Positions 15,587-24,995 of a stretch of 56,579 nt of DNA are shown here, piece by piece. The DNA lies in the NCBI GenBank assembly GCA_041648455.1, contig JBAZOZ010000003.1, positions 1 through 56,579 on the forward strand, in the 5' to 3' direction. This DNA is from Candidatus Pacearchaeota archaeon (lineage in GTDB: Archaea > Nanobdellota > Nanobdellia > Pacearchaeales > GW2011-AR1). The stretch's first letter is position 1, and each line of letters opens with the position of its first letter. The notes below the pieces were generated by a model. The model was not told where the DNA came from. It searched no databases and worked only from the letters and a program-made list of their open reading frames with translations. A program made the position numbers and the translations under genes.

Positions 15587-15822
15587 TAAGTTATAAACAT
15601 TATTATTCTCTTCACCAACATCACTTTCATTTTTACACCAACAAAAAGACAGAGAGAGTTTACAGCCCCATCAGTCAAGTGGGGCAAACCCTCTTAACTA
15701 TCAACCATTATAATATGATTATAAGAAAGATATTTATAAATCTTTCGAGACGCTGGTTCTGTAAATTTGTCTAATAAAAGTAGTAAGATAGATTTATATT
15801 AATGAGATAAAAAAATTTGAAA

Positions 15823-15942
15823 GTGGTTAATAATTTCATTAGAAAACATCAAACAATAGGAAGAACTCAGTCGGAGTTAGCAACAGATATTAAGTTGAAT
15901 GGGAATAAGTGGTTAGATTTGATAAAGCTGAGTAAGATCTAA
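15823..15942 (+). pseudogene. Short XRE-type HTH fragment (39 codons)
   Basis: VVNNFIRKHQTIGRTQSELATDIKLNG resembles the first helices of an HTH_3 domain. Too short for a complete domain. Confidence 0.25.
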
Positions 15943-16698
15943 TTACTTTTTAGCAAATTTCCATAATTCCTCAAAATATTCTCTAAAAGAATCAGATACT
16001 TTCTGATCGTGAATTAATATAATTGTTGGGTTTCTTCTAAGAATGACTATCATCGTTTTGTCTGACCAGATATTAATTTCTACAGGAGTTATATTATTAA
16101 TATAACGCAAATGGAATAATTTTGGATATCTTTTATAAACAGGGAGATTTCCTCTCGCTTCTTCATTAAAGATAATTTTCTGCCTTATCTCTTTTTGGCC
16201 TAAAAGATTTATATGCCTTGTGAAAAATTCTCTTACTTTTTCCTCATCTTCCCCTTTGCTTGCACCCATAACATAATTTATATCTCTCTTTCCTAAATTA
16301 TCTCTTAACATTCTATAGACGGTTTCCATTCCTTTCCATCCCTGAAATATTTCTGCTTCTGTTAAATCTCTAACTGTCAGTTGCCTTGATTTTAACTGAG
16401 GAATGATTGATTTTATTTCATCCTCTTGTTGATCAATTTGTTTCTTTCTATCATGTAATAACTCAATTAGTCTTTCTGGATTTACAGCCTTGAAATATTT
16501 GGTATTTGCTTGGACAATATGGCTTACTAATCCTTTATATGACAATCTCTCCAATCCATCATATACCTTAGACGTATGAATTCTTGTTTTTTTAATAATG
16601 GCTCCTGTAGATGTGGAACCTAGCTCAAGTAAAGCTAAGTATATCTTAATTTCATTCTTTGTCAAACCGATTTCTTCTAAAACACTTTCTACGCCCAT
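15943..16698 (-). CDS. TrmB-family transcriptional regulator
   Basis: LTKNEIKIYLALLELGSTSTGAIIKKTRIHTSKVYDGLERLSYKGLV winged-helix N-terminus plus a TrmB-like C-domain. Confidence 0.75.
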   Translation of the reverse strand: MGVESVLEEIGLTKNEIKIYLALLELGSTSTGAIIKKTRIHTSKVYDGLERLSYKGLVSHIVQANTKYFKAVNPERLIELLHDRKKQIDQQEDEIKSIIPQLKSRQLTVRDLTEAEIFQGWKGMETVYRMLRDNLGKRDINYVMGASKGEDEEKVREFFTRHINLLGQKEIRQKIIFNEEARGNLPVYKRYPKLFHLRYINNITPVEINIWSDKTMIVILRRNPTIILIHDQKVSDSFREYFEELWKFAKK

Positions 16699-16793
16699 AC
16701 AGATTTATAGAAGAAAATACCTTTTTAAGCCTTTCTATTCTTCCCCCCATAGGGAAGAACAATATTTAAATATTAGTAATTTATGTAACTACT

Positions 16794-17318
16794 ATGAAAG
16801 AACAAATTAATTCACTAAACGTGAAATGGGAAAAGAAAATGAACGAGATAGATGGAAATCCCTGGTTTAACTTTAAGTATAAAGTAACAACTGGCTCAAG
16901 AGATAATCATAATGTATATGATGCCGTTACACATGGAGAGATAGTTCCACATCCTGTTGGCATAAAGATGACTCTTGATCAATTTTTTGAAGCGGAAAAA
17001 AGAATAAGAAGATCAAGTAGATTCTTAGAATTAGAAGTTCATAAATTAGGATCTCCACAATATGATGCTGAAAGCGTAAGAAGAGTGAATGATTTTGCAG
17101 CAGTAGTTGGAGGAAGAAAAACGAGAGTTATCCCTGATGCGACAACCGATATGGGTTTTGGCGAAATGTATCTTAAAATCTACGCTTGCAGAGATCAAAG
17201 TGGAAATGTTACTATTAAAAACAGTACAGGAAATAAATATGCTAATGAAATCAGTCTCTATGGTTTTACTGAAGGCGGATTTAAAAGAACTGTTGATGAA
17301 TTAGGTTTGCCAATCTAA
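16794..17318 (+). CDS. Hypothetical protein (orphan, visibly less AT-rich than neighbours)
   Basis: 174-aa ORF divergent from the TrmB gene and adjacent to the IS. No motif recognised. Confidence 0.45.
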   Translation: MKEQINSLNVKWEKKMNEIDGNPWFNFKYKVTTGSRDNHNVYDAVTHGEIVPHPVGIKMTLDQFFEAEKRIRRSSRFLELEVHKLGSPQYDAESVRRVNDFAAVVGGRKTRVIPDATTDMGFGEMYLKIYACRDQSGNVTIKNSTGNKYANEISLYGFTEGGFKRTVDELGLPI

Positions 17319-17386
17319 GAAGGAAAACAAAATAAGAAGTATGAAAGGTTTTAGCTCCCTTTAACGTTACAATGCACCCCAACAAA

Positions 17387-18339
17387 TGTATTGGTTCATG
17401 ACATATGTCCCCCCCTAAAATAATTTAGAAAAATCAAAATAAACTTGGCTTGGAGTTTTCTTTTCTAAGCTTGTATGTGGTCTAAAATGATTATATCTCA
17501 TCTTAAATAATTCTGCATCTTTGTTGCAAAATTCAAACTCTTTATCCAGAGTTTGAAAGAATCTTTCTATTTTTCCAGAAGTTGTAGGGCTGTGGATTGC
17601 TGTTCTAATATGCTTAATTCCTCGACGATTTAATGCTCTATCAAATTTAGAATGTTTACTTCTTAATCCGAAAACCAAGCCATTATCTGTTAAAATTTCT
17701 CTCGGTTTTCCATGAATTTTGAACAGAGTGTCAAGTAGATGAATTATAATATTTGTTGACACTCTGTTAAGGGCAAATAATCCTAAACAATATCTTGAAC
17801 AATCATCAATTACAGCAAAGCAATATTTATCTTCAATCTTTTGATCAGAAACATCCATTTGCCAAAGTGAATTTGGATGTTTCCTTTGCCAGCGAATATA
17901 TTTTATTTGTTTCTTTTTATGCGGGTTTGGCTTTGTTAAGTTATGTTTAGATAATATCCTTTTAATACTGGATTCAGATATTTTATTAACAAAACAGGAA
18001 ATTTTTTCAGTACCATAACCTGTTTTGTTTCTAATTGAAATAACTTTTTCTTCAATTTCAGAAGTAGTTTTATAGTGAATTATCGTCGGTCTTTTAGAAT
18101 TATCTTTTAAATTCCATTCAGTTTCATTTAATCTTTTATTCCATCTTTGGAGTGTTCTTTTGCAAACCTCATAGCCAAATTGTGCAAGAAGAATTTTTCT
18201 ACATTGATTTATACTATGTTTCTTAATTCTCAACTTGAAAAATTCTTTTCTAATATCCTCTTTTTTCATAGAAGAAATACAAAAATTAGAACAGAACTAA
18301 TTTCGGTTTAGCCCATGACATATGTCATGGTCTTACACA
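17387..18339 (-). mobile_element. IS481-like insertion sequence (single DDE transposase)
   Basis: Imperfect terminal inverted repeats start with TGT and share CATGACATATGTC (17397-17409 and 18314-18326). CCCCAACAAA occurs on both flanks (17377-17386, 18347-18356). Confidence 0.7.
17415..18269 (-). CDS. DDE (rve/integrase core) transposase, IS481/IS3 type
   Basis: WQMDVSD ... AVIDDCSRY ... ILTDNGLVF ... SPTTSGKIERFFQTL ... YNHFRPHTSL. Confidence 0.85.
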   Translation of the reverse strand: MKKEDIRKEFFKLRIKKHSINQCRKILLAQFGYEVCKRTLQRWNKRLNETEWNLKDNSKRPTIIHYKTTSEIEEKVISIRNKTGYGTEKISCFVNKISESSIKRILSKHNLTKPNPHKKKQIKYIRWQRKHPNSLWQMDVSDQKIEDKYCFAVIDDCSRYCLGLFALNRVSTNIIIHLLDTLFKIHGKPREILTDNGLVFGLRSKHSKFDRALNRRGIKHIRTAIHSPTTSGKIERFFQTLDKEFEFCNKDAELFKMRYNHFRPHTSLEKKTPSQVYFDFSKLF

Positions 18340-18413
18340 CATGTTCCCCCAACAAAAACTTTTAAAAACCTATTTTCTCAATCATATTCATAACTAAATT
18401 TTAATTTAGCAAA

Positions 18414-18444
18414 TTTCGATGCTTTCGAAACTTGTTTTCGAAAC
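18414..18444 (+). promoter_or_regulatory. Tandem TTTCGAAAC palindromes in the rps6e leader
   Basis: TTTCGA at 18414, TTTCGAAAC at 18423-18431 and again at 18436-18444, 22-52 nt upstream of the ATG. Confidence 0.3.
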
Positions 18445-18465
18445 CTCGTCGAGTTCAACGATACG

Positions 18466-18918
18466 ATGTTCAAAATAAATATTTCAGACAAGGAAGGGAA
18501 AACCTACAAACTTGAATTGGAAAGTGAAGAGCTTGTTGGAAAAGAACTTCACAGTAAAATTAATGGAAAAGAAATTCTTCCAACACTGGATGGATACGAA
18601 TTGGAAATAACTGGTGCAAGTGATAAATCTGGTTTTACAGCAATGAAAGGCGTTCAGGGAATAGGATTAAAAAAAGTTCTGCTTAATGTCGGAAAAGCAA
18701 TGCATAAAAAATCTAAAGGAGTAAAAAAGAAAAATCAGAGAACAAAAAAGGGCTTGCGATTAAGAAAAACCGTTCGAGGACAAATTATCTCTCAAGAAAT
18801 AATCCAGATTAATATGAAAGTTCTTAAGGAAGGAAGCAGAAAACTTTCAGAAATATTCCCAGAGCAAAACAAGCCAAAGGAAAAAATTGAAAAAACAAAA
18901 CAAAAAGCAATTGAATAA
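18466..18918 (+). CDS. rps6e: Ribosomal protein S6e
   Basis: ELEITGASDKSGFTAMKG plus a basic C-terminal extension. Confidence 0.8.
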   Translation: MFKINISDKEGKTYKLELESEELVGKELHSKINGKEILPTLDGYELEITGASDKSGFTAMKGVQGIGLKKVLLNVGKAMHKKSKGVKKKNQRTKKGLRLRKTVRGQIISQEIIQINMKVLKEGSRKLSEIFPEQNKPKEKIEKTKQKAIE

Positions 18919-18968
18919 TAATCTTCTTATGTTTTACTACTAAATTTAGACAACTTTTTTTGCGTTAG

Positions 18969-18978
18969 ATTTTTAAAG
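18969..18978 (+). promoter_or_regulatory. TATA-box-like motif upstream of the pyrE-pyrF fusion
   Basis: ATTTTTAAAG is centred about 28 nt upstream of the ATG at 19001. Confidence 0.35.
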
Positions 18979-19000
18979 ATGATTTTTATTGTGTAATAAA

Positions 19001-20455
19001 ATGCAAGAATACAAAAAAGAATTTATAGATTTTTTATTAAAGACGGGTGCATTAAAAGTTTTTGAAAACCCTTCTGATGATAGAACATTGAAAAGTAAAA
19101 GAATTTCTCCTTGGTTTGTTAATATTGGAGATTTTAATGATGGTGAATCTTCTAATGCTTTGGCTGGATTTTATGCTGATGCTGTAATTAATTCTGGAGT
19201 TGAAGCTAACATCTTATATGGTATTCCAGATAAGGGAGTCGGACTTGCTGCACCTATTGCAATTGCTATGGCTGCAAAGGGGCATAATGTTGGATGGTTT
19301 TTCTCAAGGAAAGATGAAAAAACTCATGGAGAGGCTACAAATTTAGGGCCAGAGGATAGAATCAAAAAATTAACAGTGGGAAGAGCTCCAAAAGTAAATG
19401 ATGCAATTGTTCAATTAGATGATGTTTTTACTGCAGGCGATGCAAAATATGAAGCTAATACTTTTTTGAAAAGTCTAGGAAGATCAAATCTACCATTACT
19501 TGCAATTGCTGTTGATAGACAAGAAGTTGCGATTGATAGTATGGAAGCTATTGCAGAATATCAAGAAAAGACAGGAACAAAAGTCATTTCGATTGTAAAT
19601 GCAGTTGATGTTTATAATTTCTTAAAAAATCCTCCTGTTTTACAAAGTGGACAACTCTATCCTGTAAATAAATCTGCTTTGGAAAGATTATCAAATTATA
19701 TAAGAGTTTATGGAACAAAAGATGCACGTACTGCTATTGAAAATGGATTGGAACAAAAAATAATTGGAAGAGATAAAAGTGTTATTCCTGCATGTGATGT
19801 TGAAACTTTAGAACAGTTTGAAGAGCTAGTAAAACAAACTGCCGATGTTGATGGAATTGGTGGATACAAAATAGGATTTGAATTAGGATTAGGGTTTGGT
19901 CTTCCTGCTGTAGTTGCTGCTGTTAGAAAGCATACTGATAAACCAATAATTTATGATCATCAAAAAGCAGGAACAGATATTCCCGATACTGGAAAGAATT
20001 ACGCAAGATTAATGAGAAGAGCAGGAGTAGATACAGTTATATTTTTTCCACAATCTGGGCCAGAGACAGAAAGAGCCTGGATTTATCATGCTTTGGACAA
20101 TGGATTAAATGTTATTGTTGGTGGAAGAATGACTCACCCTGCTTATTCTGTTAGCGAAGGTGGATTTATTACAGATGAGGGTGCTTTAGAGATGTATAGA
20201 ATTGCAGCAAGAGCTGGAGTAAATAATTTTGTTGTTCCTGGAAATAAACCAGATGTTATAAAACAAGTTAGAGATGTTGTTGAAGCGGAAGGAGTTACTC
20301 CAATATTTTATGCTCCGGGATTTATCGCTCAGGGTGGAAAGATTGAAGCTGCTGCGAAAGTTGCAGGAGATTATTTTCATGGAATTGTTGGCCGTGGGAT
20401 CTACCAAGCTAGAGATATGCATGCTGCAGCAGTTGAACATACATCACAACTTTAA
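19001..20455 (+). CDS. pyrEF: Bifunctional orotate phosphoribosyltransferase / OMP decarboxylase (UMP synthase-like fusion)
   Basis: N-terminal half carries the PRPP loop VQLDDVFTAGDA. C-terminal half carries IIYDHQKAGTDIPDTG and the GGRMTHP/GRGIY OMP decarboxylase-like end. The ATG at 19001 is preferred over the track TTG at 18989. Confidence 0.7.
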   Translation: MQEYKKEFIDFLLKTGALKVFENPSDDRTLKSKRISPWFVNIGDFNDGESSNALAGFYADAVINSGVEANILYGIPDKGVGLAAPIAIAMAAKGHNVGWFFSRKDEKTHGEATNLGPEDRIKKLTVGRAPKVNDAIVQLDDVFTAGDAKYEANTFLKSLGRSNLPLLAIAVDRQEVAIDSMEAIAEYQEKTGTKVISIVNAVDVYNFLKNPPVLQSGQLYPVNKSALERLSNYIRVYGTKDARTAIENGLEQKIIGRDKSVIPACDVETLEQFEELVKQTADVDGIGGYKIGFELGLGFGLPAVVAAVRKHTDKPIIYDHQKAGTDIPDTGKNYARLMRRAGVDTVIFFPQSGPETERAWIYHALDNGLNVIVGGRMTHPAYSVSEGGFITDEGALEMYRIAARAGVNNFVVPGNKPDVIKQVRDVVEAEGVTPIFYAPGFIAQGGKIEAAAKVAGDYFHGIVGRGIYQARDMHAAAVEHTSQL

Positions 20456-20518
20456 TTCAAGAACATACATATTTCTTAACACAATAAACATTTTAAACCT
20501 TCATTTTAATTCACACTT

Positions 20519-20953
20519 ATGTCTTTCTTCAATCTTAAGAAAAAAAGCCCAGAGAATGAATCCAGGGTTAAATTAGAAAAATCCTTGGACAAAGTTTGTT
20601 TCGAAAATGGAAATGACAATTTTGGTGATAAAAAGTTTTATGCATTGGTTAGAGGTGCCTGCATGAATTCTATTTTGCACGGAAATCCAAACTTATTAAC
20701 TATTGCGGAAATTTATTTTAATAGATACCAAAAAATGTTCCGCCTTGAAAGTCAGAAAAGAGAAGTTATCGATGAAATCAAGGAAAAATACGCAGCTCTA
20801 ATCGATTTAGCAAGAAAAGGAAAAGACTTTAGAAAATTGGAAGAAAGCGCCATAGATTATATTGAAAGAGTTCAAATCAAAACAGAAATTCCAATAGCAG
20901 TTGAACCAGAAGAAATAATTTATAAAGAGGGTAATGGAAGAAAACCAAAATAA
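20519..20953 (+). CDS. Hypothetical protein
   Basis: 144-aa ORF, no motif recognised. Confidence 0.4.
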   Translation: MSFFNLKKKSPENESRVKLEKSLDKVCFENGNDNFGDKKFYALVRGACMNSILHGNPNLLTIAEIYFNRYQKMFRLESQKREVIDEIKEKYAALIDLARKGKDFRKLEESAIDYIERVQIKTEIPIAVEPEEIIYKEGNGRKPK

Positions 20954-20954
20954 A

Positions 20955-21278
20955 ATGGACGTTCCAACAGAATGTTTATACGATTATTTATTGAGAGATG
21001 TTTATGGAAGTGCGTTAGTCAAAGACAAAAATTATTCTAAATATTTAGAAAATATTTCAAAGGTAGAAGAGTTGAAGGGAATTTATGTTGCATATCAAAA
21101 TGAGAAAATTGTTTATGTTGGAAGTCCAAAAATTAAAAATGATTTTGGTTTGGCGATTGAGAAAATGTTAAAATTAATCCCCGACGACCCCGTGTTAATT
21201 ATGAAAGTCGGAGAGGGTTTTGGAAGATATTTATTAAAAAAAGATTTCTGGGGAAAATCACCGAAAGTATTTTGTTAA
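20955..21278 (+). CDS. Hypothetical protein
   Basis: The ATG at 20955 follows the upstream stop directly. The track start at 20934 would overlap by 20 nt. Confidence 0.4.
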   Translation: MDVPTECLYDYLLRDVYGSALVKDKNYSKYLENISKVEELKGIYVAYQNEKIVYVGSPKIKNDFGLAIEKMLKLIPDDPVLIMKVGEGFGRYLLKKDFWGKSPKVFC

Positions 21279-21312
21279 AGAAGATTTTTAACAGAGTTAT
21301 TCATTAAACAAG

Positions 21313-21321
21313 ATTTTTAAA
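21313..21321 (+). promoter_or_regulatory. TATA-box-like motif upstream of aIF2-gamma
   Basis: ATTTTTAAA is centred about 26 nt upstream of the ATG at 21343. Confidence 0.35.
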
Positions 21322-21342
21322 CCTCTTTCTTCTCGGAAGTGC

Positions 21343-22536
21343 ATGACTAAAAATGAAAATCTTCCGGAATTAAATGTGGGCGTAGTTGGGCATATCGATC
21401 ATGGAAAGACAACTTTGCTCAGCAAACTTACTGGAAAATTTACAGACACGCATTCAGAAGAATTGAAAAGAGGCATAACAATTAAATTAGGTTACGCGGA
21501 TACAACAATTTACAAAGACGGCAATAATTACAACAATCAAAAAAAAGGAACGCCAGTGAGATATATTTCCTTTATCGACGCACCGGGACATGAAATGCTT
21601 ATGGCTACAATGCTCTCGGGAGCCGCAATCATCGACGCTGCAATTCTTGTAATCTCGGCACAAGAAGGAATCAAACCGCAAACAAAAGAACATTTCATGG
21701 CATTGCAGGCAAAAAAAATAAAAAATATAATAATAGTCCAAAATAAAATAGACTTGGTAAGCAAAGAACAAGCGTTAAAAAATTATCACGAAATAAAAAA
21801 ATTCGTAAACGGAACTTTAGCAGAGAATTCGCCAATAATTCCGGTTTCAGCTCAGCAGGAAATTAATATTGATAAAATATTCGAGGAACTTTGTAAAATT
21901 GAAATTCCAAAACGAGATGAAAATTCAAAACCAATTTTTTTGATTGCCAGAAGTTTTGATATAAATCGCCCGGGAACAGAAATAGAAAATCTGCACGGCG
22001 GAGTTTTAGGCGGAATTTTAAAACAAGGCAAATTAAAAGTCGGGGAAGAAATAGAAATCAAACCAGGAATCTCTGAAAAGAAACAAAATAAATTTATATA
22101 CAAAAGCATAGCCACCCAAATTTTATCTCTTCATAAAGGAGATCAGTCAGTTCAGGAAGTCAAACCCGGAGCAAGTATTTCTATTGAAACATCTTTAGAC
22201 CCATTCTTAACAAAAACAGATTCCTTGAATGGAAATCTGGTATCATCAAAAGGAAACCTTCCAGACGCAACAGAAAAGTTAAAAGTAAAATATAATCTTT
22301 TCAAGGAAGTTCTTGGAACCGAAGAGCACAAAATAGTTGACCCCATCAAGACAAAAGAAATGCTTATGCTGAATATTGAGACGACAATAACAATCGGAAC
22401 CGTGGAGAAAATTTCCGGAAATGAAATTGAACTTTCATTAAACGTTCCAATAGTTGCAATAACTGGAAGCAATCTAGGAATAGCCAGAAACATCAACAGC
22501 CACTGGAGGTTAATCGGCTGGGGCGAAGTAATTTGA
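21343..22536 (+). CDS. eif2g: Translation initiation factor aIF2 gamma subunit
   Basis: GHIDHGKTTL, DAPGHE, QNKIDL, domain II/III length. Only one Cys in the whole protein, so the usual zinc knuckle is absent. Confidence 0.9.
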   Translation: MTKNENLPELNVGVVGHIDHGKTTLLSKLTGKFTDTHSEELKRGITIKLGYADTTIYKDGNNYNNQKKGTPVRYISFIDAPGHEMLMATMLSGAAIIDAAILVISAQEGIKPQTKEHFMALQAKKIKNIIIVQNKIDLVSKEQALKNYHEIKKFVNGTLAENSPIIPVSAQQEINIDKIFEELCKIEIPKRDENSKPIFLIARSFDINRPGTEIENLHGGVLGGILKQGKLKVGEEIEIKPGISEKKQNKFIYKSIATQILSLHKGDQSVQEVKPGASISIETSLDPFLTKTDSLNGNLVSSKGNLPDATEKLKVKYNLFKEVLGTEEHKIVDPIKTKEMLMLNIETTITIGTVEKISGNEIELSLNVPIVAITGSNLGIARNINSHWRLIGWGEVI

Positions 22537-22586
22537 TTAGACAATTGTAATTAATAAATAACTAATCAAATTGCTGAGCAGAGGTT

Positions 22587-22627
22587 ATTTGAACAGAGAA
22601 TTATTAATAAATCATAACTGTTCAAAT
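22587..22627 (+). other. 10-bp perfect inverted repeat 3' of aIF2-gamma
   Basis: ATTTGAACAG-21 nt-CTGTTCAAAT. Confidence 0.4.
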
Positions 22628-22685
22628 GGCCAAATAGAAGTGTGAATAAATAAAAATTTATAAACTCTTTTTCTTTGCTTCAATC

Positions 22686-23816
22686 ATGAAAATAGGGGTA
22701 AGATTATCTTTAATATTTCTTGTATTCGGTTCTATATTTTTTCTTCCGGTAATTTTCGCATATAGTAGTGATTCAAGCGAAAATAGCGGAGGATTTTGTG
22801 GAACATCAACCAAAGGCTATTGTAATTATAATTCTGATTGTAAAATTGGGGGGTGTAGCGGACAAGTTTGTGAGAACAGAACACAATCTTCTACAACAAC
22901 CTGTGAATATTTAGATTGTTATAATAAAGTAAAATATAATATGAATTGTGGATGTTTTAATAATAAATGCAAATGGATTTCTAATGAAACAGAAATTGAA
23001 GACGATGATAATGAAATAGAATGTGATAATCATACTTATAGTAATTGTCCAAATGGGTGTATAAAAAAATGTGTTTCTTCTAGCAATTGTGATGAATCTA
23101 ATGAGAGTTGTATAGGAACTGCTGATTGTGATGGAGAAGGAAGTTGTTATGAAAAAGAAGACAAAGAATGGAAAAGAAGAAATATCACAAAAGAAGAATT
23201 TAAAGAAGCGATAAAAGAAAAGAACAGAATAAAATTTGAGAATAAAACAGGAGTTGAATGCCCTGATGAATGCAAATGCACAGGTGTTGTAATGAAATGT
23301 GAATTAGAGGATGGTGGAAGAGAAATGACTGTTTATGCAAGATCAGGAAATATAATCTTTCAAGTAAAAAATATAAATGCAACCACCCAAGTAACTTTAT
23401 ATCAACATAATAAAACTGTTTATGCTGTTTTTAAAAACAACGAAACAAAGACAATAATTCTTCCAGATGAAGTAAAAGCAAGAATAATTGCAAAGTTAAA
23501 GACCAAAGCAGAAATAAGAAATATAACTCTTGATGAAAATGGAACTTATTATGTTATGATGAAGAAAAAGGCACGATTATTCTGGATAATTCCTGTAGAT
23601 GAAAATGCTGACGGACAAGTTGATGCACAAACCGGCCAAGTTATAGTTGTTAAAGGCCCTTGGTGGGGATTTTTAGCTAAGGATGTTAAAGAAGAACAAT
23701 TGCTGGGAGCGAGTTGTGGAACAGTTACTCCCGGTACAAATAATGAATGTTGTCAAAATAAAGGATATAGTTTTTGGGATGAAAGCAAAGCGGAATGTAC
23801 ATTTAGTGGAGAATAA
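22686..23816 (+). CDS. Secreted or membrane-anchored cysteine-rich protein
   Basis: Hydrophobic N-terminus followed by dense Cys clusters (CGTSTKGYCNYNSDCKIGGCSGQVCE...), and a C-terminal CGTVTPGTNNECCQ module. Confidence 0.55.
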   Translation: MKIGVRLSLIFLVFGSIFFLPVIFAYSSDSSENSGGFCGTSTKGYCNYNSDCKIGGCSGQVCENRTQSSTTTCEYLDCYNKVKYNMNCGCFNNKCKWISNETEIEDDDNEIECDNHTYSNCPNGCIKKCVSSSNCDESNESCIGTADCDGEGSCYEKEDKEWKRRNITKEEFKEAIKEKNRIKFENKTGVECPDECKCTGVVMKCELEDGGREMTVYARSGNIIFQVKNINATTQVTLYQHNKTVYAVFKNNETKTIILPDEVKARIIAKLKTKAEIRNITLDENGTYYVMMKKKARLFWIIPVDENADGQVDAQTGQVIVVKGPWWGFLAKDVKEEQLLGASCGTVTPGTNNECCQNKGYSFWDESKAECTFSGE

Positions 23817-23940
23817 AAAGATTGATGGGAATAATCTTATTCTTTAAAATCTTGAAAAAATAATAATAAAAATCATGAAGTAATATTACAAACTTCATTT
23901 AAATCGAAACTTTGTAGGGTTCTTATACATTATCAATCAC

Positions 23941-23996
23941 TTAGCGAAAAACATGAACTTGTTCTGTCTTGAGCAATAAATTTCACGAAGTGCGAA
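23941..23996 (+). repeat. SR-2 short repeat, copy iii
   Basis: TTAGCGAAAAACATGAACTTGTTCTGTCTTGAGCAATAAATTTCACGAAGTGCGAA. Confidence 0.55.
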
Positions 23997-24134
23997 TATT
24001 AAATTACCAACTTAACCTTTCATAAAACTTTATAACTCTTCTTTTTCTTTAAACGATTTCGGTCGGAGGCAATTTAAGAAATCTCCTTCAGTATCAAAAG
24101 GAAAGTTTAAAAGAAAACTAGGAGTTGTCTTTTA

Positions 24135-24911
24135 ATGGGCAAATATTCTCACTCAAAATTATCTGCATTTGAACATTGCAAACTAAAATATAAATTCAAA
24201 TACATCGACAAAATAAAACCAGAAATTGAAAAAACAATAGAAATCCATCTTGGAGAAGTTGTTCACGAAACTTTAGAATGGATTTATAGAAAAGTCATTG
24301 AGAACCAAATTCCTAGCTTGGACAATACACTAAATTTCTTCGCAGAAAAATGGCAGGAAAAATATATTCCGGAAATATTAATTGTAAAAAAAGAGATGAC
24401 CGAAAAAGATTATTTCAGCAAGGGTGTGCAGTTTATATTAGATTATTATATGAAGCATCAGCCGTTTGATGACAATACATTAGAGCTTGAAAAAAAAATA
24501 ATTTTAAAATTAGGAGAACATGAAATTATTGGATTCATCGACCGGCTTGCGTTCAACAAAAAAACAGAAGAATTTGAAATTCACGATTATAAAACATCCA
24601 ACACAATTCCATCAAGAGAAAAAATAGAATCCGACAGGCAACTTGCACTTTACTCAATTGCAATAAAAGAAATTTTCGGCGAAGAAAAAAAAATCTGCCT
24701 GATTTGGCATTACCTTAATTTTGATGAAAAAATATGCTCACGAAGAACAAAAGAACAATTAGAAGAATTAAAAAAAGAAATTGTCTCTGTAATCAATAAA
24801 ATAGAATCTGAAAAAGAATTTCCATATAATAAATCTCCATTATGCAACTGGTGTGAATACAAAAATATATGTCCTGCTTTTCCAAATTCTGCGAGACAAA
24901 AAACTCTTTAA
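24135..24911 (+). CDS. PD-(D/E)XK nuclease with Cas4/AddB-like Fe-S cysteines (stand-alone)
   Basis: N-terminal Cys (FEHCKLKY), IGFIDRL...EIHDYKT nuclease core, C-terminal CNWCEYKNIC. No cas genes or array nearby. Confidence 0.65.
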   Translation: MGKYSHSKLSAFEHCKLKYKFKYIDKIKPEIEKTIEIHLGEVVHETLEWIYRKVIENQIPSLDNTLNFFAEKWQEKYIPEILIVKKEMTEKDYFSKGVQFILDYYMKHQPFDDNTLELEKKIILKLGEHEIIGFIDRLAFNKKTEEFEIHDYKTSNTIPSREKIESDRQLALYSIAIKEIFGEEKKICLIWHYLNFDEKICSRRTKEQLEELKKEIVSVINKIESEKEFPYNKSPLCNWCEYKNICPAFPNSARQKTL

Positions 24912-24995
24912 TCTTTTGTATCGTCCTATTTGCCCGGCGTAGAAAAATTAAAAACCTTTAAATAATCATTTAACTTAATTAAAATATAGAAGAGG

